56,008 nucleotides of DNA, from positions 12,276,001 through 12,332,008 of the forward strand of contig JAGIQG010000040.1 in NCBI GenBank assembly GCA_024679065.1, in the 5' to 3' direction. This document shows positions 49,568 through 56,008 of this stretch, piece by piece (position 1 is the first letter of the stretch; each line of letters starts with the position of its first letter). This DNA is from Sphyrna mokarran (lineage: Eukaryota). The translations under genes were made by a program, and so were the position numbers. Under the pieces are notes generated by a model, which was not told where the DNA came from, searched no databases, and saw nothing but the letters and a program-made list of their open reading frames with translations.

Positions 49568-50069
49568 CTCCCTGCTGCCCGGAGCTGATGGTTTATGTGA
49601 CGGGGAGCTGGAGACTGCAGAGTCTGGCTGCTCTGGGACACTGGATCTCAGAACTGAACTGAAATACCTCAGGCCTGAACATTGTTAATTTAGGCCACGC
49701 CCATTGTTTAAAATAAAACTCGAGAATGGAAAGGTGACAGAAAGCTGGGAAGATTCAGTCGAGGCTCCACAGTTATCACTGACTCGGAGCTCCCGACCCC
49801 AAAATCTGATCCCGTCACTCCTCTGGGTGTTGTCTCTCAGGGTTTGTGATTGTCCGTCTTTGTCAAAAGTAAGGAAGATACTTATTCTTTTTGTTTCAGT
49901 GTCCAATTGTAGAAATGGAAGTTAGGGCAGTGATATGCTCCTTTTTCTAGATGTAGGAGATTAGGGAACTTTTTAGTGTCCCTGGTAACTATGATCAGCA
50001 GTGTGATCAGCTGCAGTTCCTCTCACACTGCAGGGTTCGTTTGGAGCAGCAGCTGGAAACACTCTCGCT

Positions 50070-51860
50070 GGATCTAGGGTGAGGGAGCCAAATGGCTGCA
50101 AAATTGGTTTGATGACAGAAGCTGGAGGGTAGTGCTAGAGGATTGCTTTTCAAACTGGAGGACTGTGACCAGCAATGTGCCTCGTGGATCGGTGCTGAGT
50201 CCACTGTTGTTTGTCATTTTTATTAATAATTTGGATGAGAAATTTAGAGGCATGGTTGGTAAGATTGTAGATGGCACCAAGATTGGTGGCGCAGTGGACA
50301 GTGAAGAAGGTTACCACGGATTGCAACGGGATCTTTATCAATTGGGCCAGTGGGCTGATGAACGGAAGATGGAATTTTATTTAGATAAATGCGAGGTGAT
50401 CCATTTTGGTCAATCAAACCAGGACATAACTTACTCATTTAATGGCAGGGTGTTGTGCAGAGTTATAGAGCAAAAAGCTCTAGCGGAAACAGGTTCGTAG
50501 CTCATTGAACGTGGAGTCACAGGTGGACGGAGCGGTGAAGAAGGCATTCAGTATGTTTGGTTTAACCATCAGAACCTGAATACAGGAGTTGGAACTTCGT
50601 CTTGAAGTTGCACAAGACATTGGTAAGGCCACAGCTGGAATACGATGTGCAATTCTGATCATCCTATTATAGAAAGGATATTATTAAACTAGAAAGAGTG
50701 CAGAAAAGATTTATTAGGATGCTACCGGGACTTGATGGTTTGAGTTATAAGGAAAGGATGGCGTTTTTTTTTTCATTGGACTGTATAAGACTGAGGGGTG
50801 ATCCTGTAGGGGTTGATATAATAATGGGGCATAGATCAGTTTGATGGGCAACATCTTTACCAAAAGGGAGAGGAATCTAAAACTAAAGTGTGTAAATTTG
50901 AGCTGAGAAGAGAGAGTTACAAGATGTTCCAGAAGGACAATTTATTCATGCAGAGGGTGGTGAGTGTCTGGAACAAGCTACCAGAGGTAATAGTAGATTC
51001 GGGAACAACTTTGTATTTTTAAAAATATTTTGGACAGTTACATGGGTAAAATGAGTGTGGAGGGATATGGACCAAACATGACAAGTGGGCCTGGCTTCGT
51101 GTTTAATAAAAGGGTGGCATGGATAAATTGGGCCAAAGGACCTGTTTCTATGCTGTAATCCTCCATGACTTTATGGCTGCCGAACATACAGGGAGAAGTG
51201 AGTGTGATAGAACTAGCTTCAAGAAGGTGTCACACCACAAGTCCACATCCAGATAGATAGAAGAGTGACTGCCAGGATAGACAGGCATGTATTGCAGCAG
51301 TTTTGTGACAATTCCCTCTCATACAGGTATACCATTTTGGATAATGTTGGGGGAGGGGAAATAGCCTCTCAGGGGAAAATACCAGCAGCAGCCAGGCTTC
51401 TGGCACCATGACTAGTTCTACTGTAGAGAAGGATCGAGCTAGGTCCAAGTGAATGGAAGTCGTAGAAGAACTCGATAATCAGGAGCATAGACATGCGTTT
51501 CCATGGCAGCGAACAACATTCTAGGATGCTGTGTTACCTCCCTGGTTTTAGAATCCTGGGTGTCTCTGAGCAGGTACAGGGCATCCTGAAACGGGAATGT
51601 GAACAGATAGATGTCATTGTCCACATTGGCATTAATGACAGAGGCAGGAAAGGGGAAGAGGGCCTGTGAAGACAATGCAGGGAGTTAGATAGAGCAAGGA
51701 CCTCCGGGGTAGTAATCTCAGGATTATCCTCCGTGCCACATGTTAATGAGGCTTGCAATAGGGAGATATTACAGTTGAATCCGTGGCTAAAGAGTCCGTG
51801 CCTGAGAGAGGACTTTAGGCATATGATTCACCGGGATATCTTCAGACAGCTGAAGGGTCA
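50070..51860 (+). mobile_element. Decayed CR1-like LINE fragments (RT C-terminus followed by ORF1 esterase-like piece)
   Basis: VTSNVPRGSVLSPLLFVIFINNLD; VIVHIGIND. Confidence 0.8.
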
Positions 51861-52269
51861 TATTGGAGGATTGTATTTTTTTCTTGTTCTTATTGTACTT
51901 ATTTTAATATAATTTAATGCAGATGAACCTACTCACAGAATCTACACCAATCTCAGGAACAGTGACAGGTGAACTCAGAGACGTACACATACGAACACAT
52001 TCACAGATACATTCACTCTCAAACCGACACAGGAAAACTCACAGGCACACACACAAATTCATATACAGGTATACACAATCTCAGACAAACAGCTACAGAC
52101 AAACTGGCAGACACACACAAACACATTCACGAACACACACAAACATGCACAGAAAAACTTAGAATTCCACAAACACAACTATCACACAGACTCTCACAAA
52201 CACAGAGATAAACTGAGACAATGACCAGTTGATGTTAATCTCTAATCCACCTGCTGGGAACTAAAATAA

Positions 52270-53130
52270 TGTAAGAACACTCACAACTCCAAGTTAAATT
52301 CCAACAGGTTTATTTGGTAGAAAAAGCCACTAGCTTTCAGAGCGCTGCTCCTTCAACAGGTAAGTGGGAGTTCTGTTCGCAATCAGGGCATATAAAGACA
52401 CAAACTCAATTTACAAAATAATGGTTACAATGCAAGACTTTACAGGTAATCAAGTCTTATAGATACAGACAATGTGAGTTGGGAGAGAGTTAAGCAAGTT
52501 TAAAGAGATGTGCGTTGTCTCCAGCCGGGACATTAAGTGAGATTTTGCAAGAACAAGGAAAGTCATGGGGTTTCAGTTAGTGTGACATGAACCCAAGATC
52601 CCGGTTCAGGCGTTCACATGTGTTTAGAATTTGTCTATCAGTCTCTGATCAGTGATTCTGTGCTGTCATGTGTGGTGAAGGCTGCCTTGGAGAAAGTGTA
52701 CTGAAGATCAGAGGCCAAATGCCCGTGACCGCTGAAGTGTTCCCCGACAGGAAAAGAATACTCTTGCCTGATGATTGTCGACTGATTATCATTCAACCTT
52801 TGTGGTAGTATCTGCATGGTCTCCCCAATGTACCATACTCTGGACATCCTTTCCTGCAGCATATCAGGTAGATAACGTTGGCCGAGTTGCAAGGATATGC
52901 ACCGTGTACTGGGTGGATGGTGCTCTATGTGAGACTGTACCTTTAACACTTGATTACCTGTAAAGACTCGCACTCCAACCATTATTTTGCAAATTGAGCT
53001 TGTATTTTATATGCCCTGTTTGTGAAGAGAACTCTCACTTATCTGGCGAAGGGGCAGTACTCCGAAAGCTTTTGCTACCAAATAAACCTGTTGGACTTTA
53101 ACCCGGTGTTGTGAGACTTCTTACTGTGTT
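52270..53130 (-). mobile_element. Penelope-like element fragment (GIY-YIG endonuclease) with ~150-bp inverted terminal repeats
   Basis: WYIGETMQ.L.QRLN...PVGEHFSGHGH. 52270-52428 is inverted at 52977-53127. Decayed hammerhead cores in both arms. Confidence 0.85.
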
Positions 53131-53539
53131 TAGCCCAGCCCAATGCCGGCATCGCCGTGTCATCACTAACATTATAACAGAAGTTAATCAAAAGTTTGTG
53201 AAATGAGAAAATGTATAAATATACCCCATAGCTCAGAATGGGGGTACAATTGATGATTTCTCTGTTGTCTGTGATCTTTGAACAAATACAGAATTAGAAA
53301 GGTTATAATATTTGAATTGTAATATCTAATAAATAAAGTATCTGGGAACAGAGTGGATTTGATACAGACTGGAAGACAGACTGAGGTAATGAGATTGAAG
53401 CAGCTGTTCTGAATGAATGGTTTTATTGCAGAGAGGGATATGTGGATGGGAGAGAGAGATGGATGGAAAGAAGGAGGGAGGGTGAGATGGATGGAGAGGT
53501 GGATACGTGTGAATGTGAGAAGCTGAAGTTCAAGAGGTT

Positions 53540-54473
53540 TCCAGTATCTCTGAGCAGCTCAACTGGATAGAGCCTTTGGATAGAGACGGTGCTGCTGCTA
53601 TTTCCTTTCCTGACCATCAGTTGTCGCTGTCACACGCCCGGGCGCTGCTTCGCCCAGTGTCATCTCTTGCCCGCTCCGGCCTTGTTGCTGCTCGTTGGTG
53701 GAACATCCGGGGCCTAGAGAGAGGCGGGATCAGCCGCCATATTGTCGTGACGTAAGAGTCAGCCCCTCCCCCACGGTCGAGGGAAAAGTGACGGTTCAGA
53801 GAGGGAGAAAGTGAGAAAAATTCCCACCCGGAAATCCCGCCGGGAGCGGAATTAAAATTAAATAAAATACATATTTATATAAAGAAGCAAGTAGTGGAAC
53901 TGCGCATGTGCTGCAGTATTTTCCCAGCGTACACCGCGCTTTGTTAAACAAAGACGTAATTAAAAAAAACGATATTCCCGATTGGAGAAGGAACCGAAAG
54001 TCTGACGGGTGAGGATGTGAATAATAAACATCAAAATATTAAAAGATTAAAATGTTACTGCCTGGGCGCATGTGCGGCAGTGGCATTCCCCCAGAGTGCA
54101 GCGCGCAGGATGCCGTCTCCCCGGCAACGCAAAATGGCCGCTGGCCGTCTCCCCTGGCAACGCAAGATGGCCGCTGGCCGGCTCCCCTGGCAACGCAAGA
54201 TGGCTGCCGCCGTCACCCCTGGCAACGCAAGATGGTCGCTGGCAGTGGTTATGATTGTGGCGCAGGCGCAGTGAGGTCCTGCCTGGAAGTCCATTGTCCA
54301 GATTGCCCCCCAGTGGATGTGGTGGGGATGGTGCAGCAGATGGAGCAACAATCCCAGTTTCAATGGGGGGAGAGAAGCTGCAATGCTGCTCCCTGTTGTT
54401 CACTCCTCTCCCCAGTCTCAGCATTACAGAGTGTTTAAACAAGAGGGTGCATTGTCACAGTGGCACCTAGACC
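53540..54473. repeat. Inverted diverged copy of the 5765-6770 CpG-rich element (4 units of the 33-bp repeat at 54114-54242)
   Basis: Reverse-complement colinearity over ~0.95 kb. The ORF track gives the same spurious peptide on opposite strands. Confidence 0.92.
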
Positions 54474-54744
54474 TGCAGTTTATTTATTAGTGTCACTAAT
54501 ACGTCAGCTTACATTAACATTGCAATGAAGTTACAATGAAAATCCTCCAGTTGCCAGACTCCGTGTCTGTTCAGGTCCATTCAAGAAGAATTTAGCATGA
54601 CCAACGCATCCGAACGAGCATGTCTTTCAGACTGTGGAAGAAAACCAGAGCACCCAGAGTAAACCCACACAGACACGGGGAGAGTGCACAAATTCTATAT
54701 AGCTGGTGACCCAAACTGGGAATCGAACCTGGCTTCCTTGCTGT

Positions 54745-55270
54745 TCATTGCATGAATCACAAAAAGCTAATAAGCAGGTAAAGCAAGAAATTAGTAAAGC
54801 TATCATCTGAGGGGAATTGCTAACATAAATATGGAGGTTATGCTTCAGTTATCCAGAGCACCAGTGAGACCAGATCTGAAGTATTGTGTACAGTATTGGT
54901 CATCCTGTTTAAGCAAGGATGTAAATGCATTGGAAGCAGTCAATTGACCAGACTAATGCCAGAAATGTGTGGATTATGGGTAAAACTTGAATAGGCTAGA
55001 CTTGTGTCTGCTGGAGTTTACAGTGAGAGAAATTTAATTAAAACATTGAAGATTCTGAAGGGTCTTGACAGATTGGTGTGGAGAGGATGTTTCTTCTTGT
55101 GTGAGAATCCAGAGATAGAGGTCTCCGTTTAAAAAAAAGTTCACACATTTAAAACAGAGGAGGTGAAATATTTTCTTTGAGAGGGTCATGAACATCTGGA
55201 ATGCTCTTCAAAAAAGGCAGTGGGAGCAGAATCTTTGAATATTTTTAAGGCTGATATAGATAGGTTCTTG
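54745..55270 (+). mobile_element. Decayed CR1-like LINE 3' fragment
   Basis: gtgagaccagatctgaagtattgtgtacagtattgg (VRPxLxYCVQxW). Similar fragments at ~13100-14100 and 42820-43290. Confidence 0.75.
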
Positions 55271-56008
55271 GCAGTAGATGATCATCAGCATTATGAAACC
55301 AATCAGAAACTGATTATACATCACCTAAATAAATGTTGTTCGACTGCAGGAATGCTCATGTTTAGTAGTTTGTAGCTTAGTCATGTGTAATGATCATGTA
55401 ATTGAAGCTTATTAATCAATTAACCTGATGTCAAATTGTGCTTCATTATAACATATTAGTATCATGTCACTGGCTTTGTCTGTAATTGCATTTTCATTTG
55501 ACAAGTGTAATATATCACGTGACTGTGGTCCAATGTAAATTTACACTTTTATACTTTAATTACAGAGTCCTGTGGATCCCATCAACTCTGGATGAGCTAA
55601 GATCTGGAACTGTGAACTCATCATCCATTGACAATAACAGTTATATTTGAGTTTCAGGCCATATTGTGTGAAGAAATCAGCTATGAAGGTTCAAACTTCA
55701 GCACTGTGTCGTAAATTAGTTTAAACTTTTATCTTGTAATATCTTAAAAGAAGCACTCACTTTCCTTCACACTCTATAATTATATTTAGTTTGAAAAACT
55801 AAAGGTTTCAGTTTAATTTTTATAGCTCAGAAGTTATTCTGATTCATTAGTTTTGAACTTTTATTAATTGAAGGTATTCTATTGTATTTATATGTGTTTC
55901 CTGCTGTTTCAGCTTTTTTACACTGATTTAATGTCCACCTTCTTTGGATTTCAGATCTGAAATAACTTCATAATTTCTGTATTAGTTTAAGATTGTGTGT
56001 CACTGTGT

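Overview
Eukaryotic DNA from a cartilaginous fish, almost certainly a shark (HE1-like SINEs, CR1/HER1-like LINEs, Penelope-derived palindromes, GPR139/142-like GPCR paralogues). The main feature is on the minus strand from ~49.6 kb to ~27.9 kb: a complete, self-contained, doubly rearranging NAR-TCR-like antigen-receptor gene. In order it has a leader, an IgNAR-type V (22-RSS), one D (12/12 RSS), a NAR-type J (23-RSS), a leaderless supporting TCR-delta-type V (23-RSS), two intact TCR J segments (12-RSS) among several decayed J relics, and its own TCR-delta-like C, connecting-peptide, TM and 3'UTR exons. All splice phases and 12/23 pairings are compatible. No D is visible between the supporting V and the first J (268 bp apart), and no J-alpha/C-alpha array follows the C exon. 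It therefore looks like a stand-alone V-D-J-V-J-C cluster, organised like mammalian TCR-mu, rather than part of the canonical TCR alpha/delta translocon. A second copy of the connecting-peptide and TM exons lies 29 kb downstream without an Ig C exon. The rest of the window holds two convergent GPR139-like GPCR genes, two tRNA genes and a tRNA relic, an RT-deleted endogenous retrovirus, an inverted duplicated CpG-rich element with a 33-bp YY1/RFX-like motif array, a solo LTR and many retroelement fragments. All calls were made by eye, with no database searches.
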